Positions 1 to 13,442 of a stretch of DNA of 59,301 nucleotides are shown here, one piece after another. Both the position numbers and the translations under genes were made by a program. This DNA comes from Lenisia limosa. Its lineage: Eukaryota; Protista; Breviatea. Under the pieces are notes generated by a model. The model did not search any database. It saw only the letters and a list, made by a program, of their open reading frames with translations, and had not been told where the DNA came from. The stretch is taken from NCBI GenBank assembly GCA_001655205.1, contig LPNZ01010590.1:1-59301 (forward strand), written 5' to 3'. The first letter of the stretch is position 1; each line of letters starts with the position of its first letter.

Positions 1-2605
1 GGGAGGGGGGTTAAAATGCTGTTTTTGAATCAAGGCAAAAGGGAAAGAGTCTAAGTGATACAACCCAGTCCGGCTATAGAGAAGGGGAAGAGATATCACC
101 ACAAGTAACCACAGGAACAGCTTGACATACCTCAGTGATGAGTCCCTTCATCTTGGTAGGGTTGGGGCCCTTCATGATGGATCCGAAAGCAAGGGCTGCG
201 GCCTCCCGGAGCTTCCATTCTCTGACCCGTTAGAATTTTGGTTGATTTGAAACCCAAACACATGATTGCTTCAATAAAGGGTCCTAACAGTTGGACAATT
301 GGTATTAAGCAGTCAAAAAAAAACAGGGAGGGGGGGTACTTGACCAGTTGCATACGAGTGTTGGATGTTGGCCACAACGAAAGGGGTAACAAGATCCACT
401 ATGTCATCGCCAAGGCAGCCGGCAAGGAGTGTCAGGCAAACTTGTCCGGCCATACCTGAGGCGGTCATCTCTCATTCTTTTGACATCAAAAAAGAACAGT
501 CAATATCAATATTTGCAGCGAAACAATATTCAACTTACATGAGTAAAGGAGTTCTGATAGAATCTCAGAAAAAAAACATAGCAACCATGCTCACCAGTGC
601 ACCAGCTGTCAGCGTCACAGTCCTCGTCTTGCTTGGTAAGTGTCTGGAGAATGACCGGGATGATGTGGGGTGCGCTGGCGTGGCAGAAGCGATGGTTGGT
701 CTGAGAAGGGTCTTGGGCAAGGTAGAGCTCCGCCTCGGCAAGGGTGCACCAAAATTCAATTGCCTAAATAGTGACTCCAGTAACCATTAATGAATGGTAT
801 GGATACTGTATCAGGCTTTACCTTCGATTCCAGTAGAAACTACTATTTCACCAGATACATTTTATATTCCCCTATTAATAAACATCAGTATCCTCAAGAA
901 CAGCCCGACAGCCAACCTGGTTGGCAATAACGTCATCAACATTGGCGCGCTCGATGACAGGAACTGTCAACTGGAGAGATTAGAAGAAGTAAACAATGAA
1001 GTATTCGAAAAAGCTCAGTGCGTGGTTCCTCCGTCTTAACTTTCCATTGAAAGGTTATGAAAAAGGTGTATATGTATTTGGAAAACTACCCTGCGAAATT
1101 ATCCCCAAAGGTCATTTAGATTACTCATGCAATTTTTTCAATTATTTTGAAAAATCAAAAAAAAAAGGGGGGGGGGAGAGAGAGACTGAACCACCTTAAT
1201 AATAAGATAACACTACTCCCAGCTCACGTCATAGATGGTTTTGATGTAGGGAGGAAGGATTTCATAATTGTCATCAGCAATCCGTGAGAGAATCTCGAAA
1301 GCAGTGCTAGCAATGATCTCGTCACTTGCCTAAGGAGTAAGGAGAAGCTATCATGTAATCAATTCAACCATCAGATCAGAATAGTAGACACCAACCTGAG
1401 TGGACTTGAAGATAGTAATCATAATGGCGTTGCACTCAGCCTCGACCTTGAGGTTGGAGTCAATGAAAGACAAGACTTCACGAAGGGCAGAAGTAGCCGC
1501 ACGACGCAGGGGAATGGGGTGCACTTCATCCATGGCTGTGGGAGTTACACAACGGCTCTATTCCAAAGAAGATGTCAAAAAAAGAACAGGCAGTCTCTAA
1601 TCAATTAGAGATTATTCTATGAAAACACAAAGAAATCTAGCAAACCGTAAACGAGAGCGCTGAGGACCTTGTCTGAAGTGGTCTTCTCCACAAACTGAGA
1701 GTCCAAATCCTGGCACACCATGTCTGCGATGTTACAGCTATTTTGATACTAACTTAGGTATGTTGTGACGTGAAAGTAAATAGCAGTGCTGCACCCCCAC
1801 ATCCATTCCCTCACATCCCCCACTGAGAACTTCAACAAGAGGAGGCTTGGATTCTACAGCCAGGTCTGATTGAATGCCTTGACAAAGGTTGGGGATGCAT
1901 TCGGGCCTGGGGAATAAGTGGGTGCATTCGTTGAAAAACGGTTGGAGGACTGCTGACAAGTAAAACTGCGTAATTCATTTTCTCATCCTCCTGATCACTT
2001 CTTATCCCTTGCCAAACCCAAAATAACATCCATACCCCAAATAAAAAAAGGACCACACGACCCCACTAACCATTGTCCAAATGAGATCTCAGCAACAGCA
2101 ATGGAGGCAGTGACCGCAGCAGCATAAGGACGCTCAATAGAAGCACTTAGTAGCTTGAAAAGCTTAAGATATGAGAAGGAAGATGAAAAGCAAGCGAACC
2201 TGTGTGTGAATTTGTTGACGGAGAGCAGGGTCAAGTCCCACCCATCTCTTCATCTGTGCTTGTTGCTTGTAAGCATTCTAAAAAGTCAACTGGTTTCCAT
2301 AAAGCGTTAACAAACTCTTGAAGCAATACTGTTTCTGAGGACAAGGGCTGCAGTGGCTCTGCAAGTCTCAACAGCAGTCTCGCTAAAGAGTTCCTGGGCA
2401 AGGAAGCCGACAAAGGTTGTCTTAACAGTTACTTCTACCAAACTCAAGACTAGTTCTTACGTAGTTTGACTTTTCAGCTTCAATAAGCTGTTCGGAGGCC
2501 TTGTTCCTAGTAGGCATATCTAAGGAAGAGTTAGGTCCATCATATGAATTAAATGAATAACCCACCAGGGCTTGTCGCATTTTTAAGGATCTGAGAAATG
2601 TCCAT
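1..2605 (-). CDS. KPNB1: Importin subunit beta-1 (karyopherin beta-1), multi-exon, 3' part cut off by the left window edge
   Basis: Spliced translation begins MDISQILKNATSP/DMPTRNKASEQL (ATG at 2605). Later exons: PLRRAATSALREVLSFIDSNLKVEAECNAIM, MAGQVCLTLLAGCLGDDIVDLVTPFV and EWKLREAAALAFGSIMKGP, matching importin-beta HEAT repeats. Confidence 0.93.
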
Positions 2606-2750
2606 CTTGAGATGTTCAAGAGGAGAACGGCTCTAAAAACTGCTCCAAAAAATCAATGATTTTCTCGTTAATGGCAAAGAGTTATCAACGCAGCGTTAAC
2701 ACACAGGTGTATAATAATATGTAACTTGTATGCTTGTTCACTGGCGGCCA

Positions 2751-2876
2751 AGGGGCCCACAGACCTGGGGATTTTGAAGATCCCCAGATCTCTGACAGAT
2801 CTCTAACAGATCTACAAAAATAATATCTAGATCTCCCAAAAAAATATTGGCAAAATCCCCAGATCTGTGGCCCCCT
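2751..2876. mobile_element. Short inverted-repeat element (MITE-like), rich in AGATCT
   Basis: 25-bp terminal inverted repeats with 2 mismatches (2751-2775 vs 2852-2876). The internal segment 2772-2798 recurs inverted at 47444-47470 (25/27 identical). No TSD recognised. Confidence 0.55.
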
Positions 2877-3861
2877 GACCTAGATATTTCAAGAACATGA
2901 ACTTTCAAGAATCAAAATGGCATGAAGATGGTGCTCTCTTTATTTGGTGAAACTCTATGATTTATATCCCAAGCCAATCTGATTGATGGAAGATGCGACC
3001 GCCACTACCGTTTGTCTCCGACTATATATTTATCTTAAAACATATTTAGATTTATGAAATACGAATATAAGCCACACTGCCAGTTGTATAATTTAGTAAA
3101 CGATTGGACCCAAAAAGCCCGTGCAGGTCACAGCGTCAATAAGATTGTCTTTTGACCCGCGCAATCAAGTTTTTTTCTCAATCGAGAAGCGGGAGCTTGT
3201 GGCTGGAACCTGCAAATATACTCAACAGGTCGATCCCCAAATATATTTTACTACCCCATGGCATATCCACCGGCTTGCCACTTGTGCCACCGGCCAAGCC
3301 CCACCGGCAAATATCTATTTACGGGGTTGGATATTCATAAGTTATCCAAAATTAAGGGATCATACTTTGCAAGGGTCCCAGTCCTCTCAACTAAATTTAA
3401 TAGTGAGTATTTTATTAAATAAATAATAGCAGCACACTAGAGAGGCTGAGAAAGACTTCTTGACAGGTGTCGAGGTCCCTAGATATTACTATTCTACTAC
3501 CCCATGGATAGGCCAACTTGCAAAAAAGTTATTACATGGGCCTGACATTTGTTTCCTGGGTTGTATACACCCCCCAGATTTTTGATGCATTTAAGTTCAA
3601 TCAAGTTCAAATTCCCGGGGCGCCCAGGGTCTGTTGTAAGGAAGGGACTAATTTTGAGAATATACCCGCCGGCGTCCAGGGAAAGTTCCCTCTCCATCTC
3701 CCTCTCTCTCCCTCCACCCCTCTATCTCTCGCTTGGACTATGCTTATATTATTATAGTGGGATCCCTAGCGATCCTTAACTCAGTAAAAAATCTCGCTTG
3801 CTTCTCGACACACACAGTGCTCCACCACACCAACTCCACACACTTGCATTCCTGCCCTCAA

Positions 3862-6552
3862 ATGCCCAGGGAACTAATCACTGTACAAGTTGGACAATGC
3901 GGAAACCAGGTTGGCTTTTTGACAAATAGTATGTTATTAAGGTATTCTATTGGCAAGTTGAATAACGCTCAACAGATTGGGCAACGGTTTTGGGATATGG
4001 CCCTGCAAGAGCACTCCACGCAGACCAAAAATGCTGAATTTAACGAGTCTCTTTCAACGTTTTTTCGGAATGTTGATAGCAGGTTGGGATCTTTGAGGAA
4101 GGGACTTTTAACCCTTCAATTCTGTCACCATATCTAGAACTGGAGCCACCATCCCACTTGACAACGGGAAAAGCAGAATTCGCGACCTGGAAGCAAGGGT
4201 GGGTATTCCTGTTCAAACTAACTACTTTCTTGAAGTGTAATACTCTTAGGCAGTGCTTGTAGACATGGAGGAAGGCGTGGTGCGACAGGTGTCCAACAGC
4301 AAACTTGGCTCGCTCTTCAACAACAAGTGTTTTGTGACTGGTGTTTCTGGATCTGGTAATAACTGGTTGGCTTTGGGTGGTCAATATCGTAAGTTAGGCT
4401 TGTTCACCTATGACATGTCTTGAAAAACAGTCTTTCTCTTTGGTACAATTCAAAAAAGACGGAAAGTAACATCGTAGGGCTCAAGGATACGAGGAATACG
4501 GCAATGAGTACATGGAGGAAATCTTGGACAGTGTATCCAGAGGTGAGTTGTTCTTATCCATCCACCATCAACTTTAATGCTAGTCAACCTTCTGACTATA
4601 TAGTTGCAGAAACATGTGACAGCCCTCAATCGTTTTTCGTTTTGCACTCTCTTGGTGGCGGGACCGGTTCCGGCCTTGGTGGGGTGGTGCTTCACTTTCA
4701 GTATTTATTTCAAATGTAACACTTTCAGGCTCAAAGGTTATTGAGATGCTATCTGACCAAGTTCCCGAGTTGTACCGATTTGTGGTCCCTGTGTTTCCCT
4801 CTGAAGATGATGATGTCATAACTTCGCCGTATAATTCGTATGCTGCTGTGCCTTTCACATGCTTCATCTCTGCATTTCTATCTAGAGTTGATGTTAACTT
4901 TTCAGTTTAACAGAGTTCACTGTTTAGAGTTTTATCATTGAGTCACATTCTAAGAGCAGCAGACTGTATCGTACCTCTTGACAACACCGTAGGGGGAGAG
5001 CATTTCTTCAATAGAGAATCCTGCCATCATGCCTTAGAGTTTGGCGTCTGTTGCATTGCGCGCGAGAGCAGCAGCAGCGGCCGGAGGGTTGACAAAAAAG
5101 TGCACTTCTAAGGTGACTGTGTTGAGCAATCCTCTTTTGTGTGATGAATATGTTGTACATAATATTTTTATTCTCTTCTTTTTGCTGATAACCCAGCCTT
5201 TTTCTGATATGAATGCTGTTGCAGCACAGATGCTTCTCAACCTCACCAGGTCTGTGTAAGTATTGTTTGATAAGAAGTAGGACTTTTTAAAAGCACTTCT
5301 TCAGAAATATGAAGTTTTTCTTTTTAAGACTCCTTTTTTTCTTCTATTGCAGTTTCTTACTTTTCAGTTCCATTAGATTTGAAGGTTCTCTAAATGTGGA
5401 TCTGAATGAAATTTCGTTTGTCATTGCTGAAAGACGATAACATTGATTTTAGGATGAATATGGTGCCTTTCCCTAACCTGAACCTTTTGATTCCTTCTCT
5501 AAGCCCACTTATGCTCTCCAAAGCCAAGCACCCGCAAGTTAACTCGTATGCCGCTACTTACATTAACTTCACCTTTCAGCCTCCCACAGCTTTTCAATGA
5601 CGCATTTTTACCAAATAACCAGCTCATTTCGGCTGACCCTAAGAGAGGAACGTTTGCGGAGAGTCTAGAGCTGGATTGTATCAGACGTAATTATATATTG
5701 TACTCTCATGGATTTCATTAAATTGTTTTGGAAAAGGTCACCCTTGGTCAGCTATCTGTCATGCGCGCTTCTTGTTCGAGGGCAAGGTTTTGAACTTTCA
5801 GATGTTCGTCGGAATATCGAAAAGTGGGGGGGGGATTGGCTTCTGTTCTCAACTCTTGACAGCATGCCCCTGAACTTGATTTGAGGTGACCATATAGGCT
5901 GAGACCATCGTTAACTTTCCCGGCCTGGACTGATGGATGGAAAATTGGCATGTGTAGGGTACCCCCAGTCCATTCGGTGAGAGGTGGCTCACTATCCTTT
6001 TAGAACATCTTACTTTTGTCAAACCTAAACTCTCATCTATTGACACAGTAGTCTCACAGTTTGCTCTGCCTGGCAAACAACACTTGCTTGGCAAGTACTT
6101 TGGAAACACTGCTCCAGAGGTTCAATAAACTCTATTTAAGAAAGGTCGGCCAGTCTCCCAATTTAGACGCTTTATCACAAATAACCCGTTTAGGCCCATA
6201 TTCATCACTACACTAACTTCATGAGCCCTGATGATTTTCCAGTCGCCAGAGAGGTATGCAAATATCGAATATTAAATTTTTGTATTTGTCCAGGCCGTAG
6301 CCCTGACTCCTCCCCCAGATAGTGAGGAACACGATATGCGAATACAATGACGTGGCAGCCGGCCGACCTGTGGAGGTGGGTAGAACTGCCTTCAAGTGGG
6401 ATGATGATGACCACAATAGAGCGCAACACCCAACTTCCACATCGACCCCATTTAGATGGGTACAATTCTCCATCAGCTACCTCAGCCATCTTGGCTTAAT
6501 GCAATACCTTGTTAACAGCTCTTTTAGTATCTTGGATAATAAACATGTATAA
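3862..6552 (+). CDS. TUBE1: Epsilon-tubulin, multi-exon
   Basis: MPRELITVQVGQCGNQ/IGQRFWDMALQEH...FFRNVDS; DMEEGVV; VSGSGNNW; HSLGGGTGSGLG; YRFVVPVFPSEDDDVITSPYN. These are diagnostic epsilon-tubulin segments. The stop position is approximate. Confidence 0.95.
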
Positions 6553-6593
6553 AACCCAACAAACACATAACTGCAATCATAATACACACAGCC

Positions 6594-9500
6594 TTATCTC
6601 CGTCCTCTGGTCCCCTTTTTGCTATTTTGTCGAGATTCTTGATTCTAAATCGAATTGTAAAAGAGAACTAATGTAGAGAGGAGAATGAAGGCTAACCAGA
6701 GAGGCTTTCTTAAACGATGGCTTCTCGTCTTGAAGCAGCTGGATTATAACTTCAACGCGCTAAAGGGTCAAAAGACCGTTCCTGTTTATTGAGCGCCTAC
6801 TTTGTAATCCGATTCTCTGGCAACCATTTCAGGATTTTGGCACCTGAGTCGTTAGTGCAGCTTGTTCCCAATACTACAGAAAACCTCACTACCATCGTTT
6901 GAGCATCTCAGTGATATCTTTTCTTAGGGCCATAAGAAGCTTGATTTCCTGGGGGTGAGTAAAATTAGAAAATTTTGAAAGAATAAATTGCCCAAAATCA
7001 ACTCTGAGAAGCAGTTGGACTTTGTTTAGTTCATCTCACCTGTGACGGGGCTTTGAAGCTCAGTTTTCCAAGGGACACTACGTCTGATCGGACTGAACAA
7101 TGGGGTGCAAAAAGTAGGAGAGCTCGAGGACTGCATTCGGAGCCATCCCTTGAATGTCAGAACAAGTAATTGGACTTCTTTTTGAAAGAAGCGTGAGTGG
7201 GCAAACCTGATAAAGATTTTCGATGTTTTCATGACTTGGAAGTAAGCAATATAGCGATGCCTGAAGGAAGACACTGTGCTGATGCTGGAGGAGGGGTGCA
7301 ATTCAGCCTGTATGGTAAGGGGTGGTTGGGTTTTGGACCATATTTTGATAAATGCAAAATTGTGACTATTTGGATAATGGCTAATACCTTGTCCTTCTTC
7401 TTGAAAGGGAGGGTGAACTTGTTGGGCACTGGAGGAGGGTCGTCCATGACTGCAATTCGAGGGTACAAGCCTGACACTTATGAAGGAAAAAAGAAAAGCA
7501 CTCACCGGCAGCGATTGCGGCTTTAATAATATTTGGAGAGTCTGAAGTAGTTAACCGCTGTTACCTAGAAGACGTTGATGTGTAACATACCTGAGTGTAC
7601 ATTGAGTTCATTGAAAGACTCAGCATAATCCTGAGTTCTCCGATTCCCTAATACGTCAAATACACTGAATTAACGCTTATTCAAAGGAGCACGGAATACC
7701 ACCTCGTACCCTTTGGTTTTGGGACAAATTTCGCAGCGGCCAACAGCCCATAGAAGTCGTTTTTCAGGTCCAGAATATTTTGAAGTGCGGCATCTAAGCT
7801 GTGAACATGTCAGGCGGTTCACGTACGAGAAAGGAAATGATCAAATGTGAAACTCCGCTGGTCCCTGAAAGACTGTTTTCTCCACTCCTGAGTTGTCAGA
7901 CTGTGTGACTGCCTACTTTGAATGCATTGTAGATGGTAATAAACTCGCTGTTCTCTCTCATGAAGCCCTTCTTGGCCTACAAAATGATGTGAACGCCAAA
8001 ATGATGTGAACGCCAAAAAATGACACCACCTCCTACAAGATCAGCCTCATCTCTCTTTCCAAGGGGGGACACAAAAGGACTAAACAATTAATTGGCACTT
8101 TAAATATAGGGTGTAACAAGGATCCGAACCTTTTGAACGAAAGGGAAGCGGCTATAGTGAGAACTGGGTCAAGACAGCGGAATAACACCCCGTACAACAT
8201 CATTTTGCCTGCAAGAGGGGAGGGTGATAAAACATCAGGTCCACAGATCTCAATAAGCCAACATACCAAGGGTGGGGTCAACAGGGAGATGGGAAAGATG
8301 GATACTGGAGTGGTTAGAAAAGCTCGAAGTCTGCCGCCAGCATACCCCAAATAGGTCAAATGTTCGGATCCGCTGAGAGCCCCTATAGTGCCTAGCATCT
8401 CAATACACTGGTCAACCGCCTTCTTAGAGGGTGGTTCTATAGCCTCACTGATGAACTGTGTCGTGAGGAGTATTACCATTTAAGAACAAGATAAGGTGCA
8501 TGTGGACAAGCTTCTCTCAGTCTGCAAAGCTGAACATTCGATATTTTCAATTTTGTTTTTTCTTTCGAATCGACCTCCACCACCCCTCATCGCACCGTCT
8601 GGGCCTTGGCAATACCTAGCGCTTTAATCTGTAGTACTAGTTCTGTCAAAGGAACTCGATGCATTTCAGGTTCTTGTGCAGCTGACATCAAATCCGCCTA
8701 CAAGTTAGAATGGACTCATAGCGGTACCTGTGGTTTGCAGTAGAGATGGAAGGCCATGCCGGGCTTGACGCGACCCGCGCGACCGGCCCGTTGTTTTGCG
8801 TTCGCCGCTGCTGTTGCCGTCTCAACCAAAGACGCCATGTCGGAACTTGGGTCATACTGGGGGGGGGGGGTAAAAATCCAAGAATATATGTAATATCATG
8901 TAAAAAGGGATATTTTTGGCAAACCATCAAGTTCACAATCCACTTACCCTGTTCTCTTTGGTTCTTCCCGCATCAATTACGTAGACAATGTCATCAATTG
9001 TCACCGAGGTTTCAGCAATGTTCGTTGCGATAACAATCTTAAAAAGTCAGTACGATCTTGATTCGTATGTTGTCATGGTGTACCTTTCTTTTGTTGGGCG
9101 GGGGACGAGCGAAGATTTTTTGTTGCTCTTGGGACCTAAAACATGAGTGTTTCGATGTCGATGTTCGATGTATTAATTTTCGGCTTACGGTAAGCTGGAG
9201 TGGGCAACGCTTATGACCACGTTCTTTTCATTCGACAAAACAGTCTAGAAGTCGTCAAAATAACATCAAGGGTATGGTTGTGAACATATCAAACGTTATA
9301 TAACATCGGAAACATACCTGCAGTTTTTGTATTTCGGCCCATCCAGGTAGAAAGACCAAAATGGCTCCCTCTGGACATTTGCTGCAGATGTGGTGCACAA
9401 GCCTTCCAATCTGCCACGTTAACACTTCAACAAGCGGCAACAAATACCCACCAAGTCGAAGTTAATCTGTTCGAGGTCCATTGTTGCAAGGGCCTCACGT

Positions 9501-11605
9501 ACTCCAAATGGCATTTTGTTCTCCCTGACAGTTAGAAACGGAGTGGTTCTGAGATTGCATTTTTGTTATGTTAAAACCTCATACAGCTGTCTTTAGGATG
9601 ATAAGCCAAACGAATTGATGTCTTGAAATATACCCTCCCACTAACTCCAGGTTCTTGATATGCGTAGAAAGAATGGAATCGGAGATGGGCTCCCCAGTTC
9701 GCAGCTTGTTATCTGGAACAGCTTTGCTGATTATCCCAGGGCGACCGGGGGGACCTGTGCATAATCAATGGGTTGAAATTGAAGATAACAGGGTTGAGAT
9801 GAGTCGTACCAGTTGTCTTCGATCCTCTTCCTCTGCCTCCAGCGGGAAGATCAGTGATCACTCTCGAAATCGCCAGTGGCCTCTACAGAGAAGAAATAAA
9901 ATACAATTTCAAAAACTAATACTTGGGGAAGTACACAAAGTTATTTTTTTAAAATAAAACTACAAAAGACCAATAGAGTAGGAGGGGGGGGGGNNNNNNN
10001 NNNNNNNNNNNNNNNNNNNNNNNNNNNNNNNNNNNNNNNNNNNNNNNNNNNNNNNNNNNNNNNNNNNNNNNNNNNATTTCTTCTAGCTTCATATAATAAA
10101 TAGCTTCAGGAATGTCTTGCTTTCGTTTTCGAGCCATCTTAACTATTTTTATTGAAAAATGCGTCGTTTTGTCACTACAGATCCCAAGTTTATGTTTTTC
10201 AACTTATTTTCCAAAAAATGAACTGAGCTGAACTGAACTTTCTAAATTAGGAAATTTTAGTATTTTTCAAAAAATATATTTCAAAAAGTTATTTTCCATT
10301 CTTTTTTTTGTTAAACGATTCCCCATAAACAAATAAAGTGTTTTTGAGACTTTTCTAGTGTTAATAGTGTTCTCTTGGAACATGCTGAATTAATGACTTA
10401 ATTTAGGACCTTGAGCATATTATGGTTAATATTTGGTATACTACATATAATTACATACTATATTATCATATGTTTTTACTATCCAAAAACCGTCAAAAAA
10501 GGCCCGGGCCTACTTTTCTCGCAAATTCCGATGAATGAAGGCATTTGAACTGAGTTATCATAAGAACTTCTTCCAAGTACAACCCTGAGAGTTAGGAGAG
10601 TAGAATGGTAGAAAGTAGGAAGCTCACGTGTTACAGGGAAGGTCCTGCCTGGAATTGAGATTCCAGCGCAGTCATTGAAATACGCTCTGAACAGATTGGA
10701 GTTGATTGTTGCACTCATCAGAACAATCTAAACAATAAACAGGAGTTTTACATACCCTGATGTCAGGTCTGACCGCAATCAGGCGTTTTAGAATGATGAG
10801 AAGGAAGTCACTATTCAAATCACGTTCATGAACCCTGTATCATCAGAAAGGGGTGCTTGGGGTTCATGATTAATTCCCCAAATACTCATCGACAATGATA
10901 TGGGAAATGGAGTCTACAGAAGTACCCATCTACAAGATTAACAACCAGAAAATGGAAAGATTTTAGTAGCTAAGAGAAATTCAGTTTCGCACGGTTAACT
11001 GTCTCAAAAGAATGCCGGTAGTACAGTAAAGAAGCCTTGTGCTTGGACCACGCGATGACTGAAGAATGAAACAAAAACAAAGAAATCACTGGGAAGTACT
11101 TAGTTAAAAATCGCCCATCACACTTGCAGCCGAACTTGGTACCCGACTGTATCTCCAATTCTCTCTCCACGCTCATCAGCCACGCGCTGCGCAACCGAAA
11201 TCGCACTAAATGGTTATGGAAGAAGGTTTGAATACCTTATTCTTCTTGGCTGTGTACAGATAATCGACGTGTCTCCACCATTGTTCTCTTCAATGGCTTT
11301 CTCTAAAATGAGCTGAGGTACCTGAAAAGTGTAAAGTGGACTGAAACTCAATAACTTAATTAAAACAATAATGAAATCATGATAGAAAATTGAAGAGGAG
11401 GTTTCCAAACCTGTGTTGTTTTACCACAACCAGTATCTCCACTGAGAACGACCACTTAACAATTAATACAGTTCAGGGATCCAAGCACATCCTCTTGAAT
11501 AATAATATCACAAAAAAAAGCCCATTTACCCTGGTTCCTCTCAATTGTCGTTAGAATTTCTTTCTGCATTTGGAAGGCTGGAAGTGTTTCTCGTACTTCA
11601 AGCAT
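6594..11605 (-). CDS. DEAH-box RNA helicase of the DHX36/DHX57/DHX29 type, multi-exon; the N-terminus may extend further upstream
   Basis: [11 protein letters not shown]..., [15 protein letters not shown] (motif I), [69 protein letters not shown] (HA2). Confidence 0.9.
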
Positions 11606-11776
11606 GTTCTATAGATGTTAAACAAAAAATATAACAAAAAAAAAATCATTTCCCAATGTTTTAACGGTTAAATGACAATTCTAATGTCTCCAGAAACACC
11701 CAGAGAACCCTAATATTCATTACTACATAAATACAATAACACTGTGAACCTATTTACCGTGAGTAGCGAGCTATCA

Positions 11777-11781
<5 letters not shown>

Positions 11782-11814
<33 letters not shown>
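11782..11814. repeat. (TC)n microsatellite
   Basis: Uninterrupted TC run seen directly. Confidence 0.95.
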
Positions 11815-11818
<4 letters not shown>

Positions 11819-12852
11819 TATCACATAAACTATTAATTCATGATTACACACCGAATTTCAAAGTGTATATCACTACCCCAACTTCTTGGTGGATTTCGTT
11901 TTAAGTGTTTTCAATAATATATGGAAATCAAATAGATATCAGATCACCTGGCTTCCAGCCTTGAAAGAAAACACAAAAGAGTGTACCAAATAATTCAGAA
12001 TTTGGCAAAAAAAGGGGGTTCCACAGTTACGTTCCACTTTCTCCCACGTATACAAGTCCTACGACTATTATGTGTCGTGTAAATTTGTAAATTCGTACCA
12101 TTTTTTCAATATTTTAAATTTATTGCCTTTGAAAGCGAGATGTGCACCATTTGGAGATAATGTTACTAGCATCTCTACCCCCGTAAAAAACTGTTCAATT
12201 GTATAAAACTTGTATTCCCGGGAAGGAAGTCAAGAGAGTGCGAAGACCCCCTGTTTCAAAGAAAGCCAGGATTGGATGTATCGGGATACTTTCTTCCTAT
12301 GTGAGGCAATGCATCTCTTTCTCTTTTCTCTTTTCAAATGATTGTATCTTTCAATAACAATCATTCAGAGAGCAAAGGATAGACCAATTGTTAAAAAACA
12401 CCCAAAAAAGAAAAATTAAGAGATCACTTTTTCTTTTATTTTTGAAAAAAAAATAAGACTTGTGCAAGACTCGTAAAAATGGCTCCAATGAAGTCTTTTA
12501 GTGACAAAGTTGTTGGATGGGGAACATTTCGTTATCAATGTTTCGCTTTCCACCAGTTTTCCACCAAGATTATCATTCTTTTTTTTTTCATCATATCATA
12601 TCATATAGTCTAATACGGCTTCGGCTAATGTGGTAATTTGAGACAATAAAAGCAACAAAAACAAAAGAAGCTTATCAAACTGTAAAAGTGTAAAAGTAAA
12701 CAAAAAAAAGAGTAAATAGGAAGTTCTCAGAGAGATTGGGACGTAAAAACCATGATTCGATGCTGGGTTTCTTCAGAATCAAAATCCTCATTAAAAAAAA
12801 ATATTGCATAATTCTTACAAAAGGAAAAAAGAGGAAATAACAAAAAAAAGAT

Positions 12853-12935
12853 TGACAACTGTGAGATTCGAACTCACGCCTCCGGAGAGATCACGACCTT
12901 AACGTGACGCCTTAGACCAACTCGGCCAAATTGTC
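12853..12935 (-). tRNA. tRNA-Leu (anticodon AAG)
   Basis: Reverse complement GACAATTTGGCCGAGTTGGTCTAAGGCG-TCACG-TTAAGGT-CGTGA-TCTCTCCGGAGGCGTGAGTTCGAATCTCACAGTTGTCA. It has a 7-bp acceptor stem, A box, 5-bp anticodon stem, long variable arm and T-loop TTCGAAT, with an oligo-T run downstream. Confidence 0.95.
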
Positions 12936-12999
12936 TTACAGAAAAATGAATCAGATTCTATGCGGATCATAGTTTTTTTTTTGAAAACTCACTTTTGTC

Positions 13000-13442
13000 T
13001 CACCCCCCCTCCAGTCCGTTCTCCTATGTATATTATCTTTTGTTGACTGAATGTTTTACTCGATAGATACATTTCTTGTCCTTTCAAAATTTGTCTTCCA
13101 GCCTCACCCATAACCACCTTACCAACTTTACCTTTTCTTTCCTTCATACCTCCACCTATTCGATTTACATCAATTCCCTCTTACATTATTATGTGATAAG
13201 TGAAACCCATAAAACGGTTTGCACTCCAAGTGCTAGATCCCCCGCAGCATCACCACAGAAGTAATCACCATCACACCGCCTCGCTCTAGTCTGTTTACCC
13301 GCTACCCAGACCGCCCACCGCCCCGCTCCAGAAGAGATCACCCTCCCTCCAGTCCGTCCCCGTCCACTCCGCCGCCGCTCTCCTTTATCTTTGTTTTACT
13401 GAATGTTTTTACGATAAATACATTTTTTGTCCTTTCAAAAAA
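13000..13442 (+). mobile_element. Two tandem 5'-truncated 3' tails of a non-LTR retroelement (13000-13089 and 13090-13442)
   Basis: Both end in ...ACTGAATGTTTT..GATA.ATACATT..TTGTCCTTTCAAAA, as does the longer copy ending at 15586. Segment 13090-13222 is a close copy of about 15370-15513. Confidence 0.7.
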
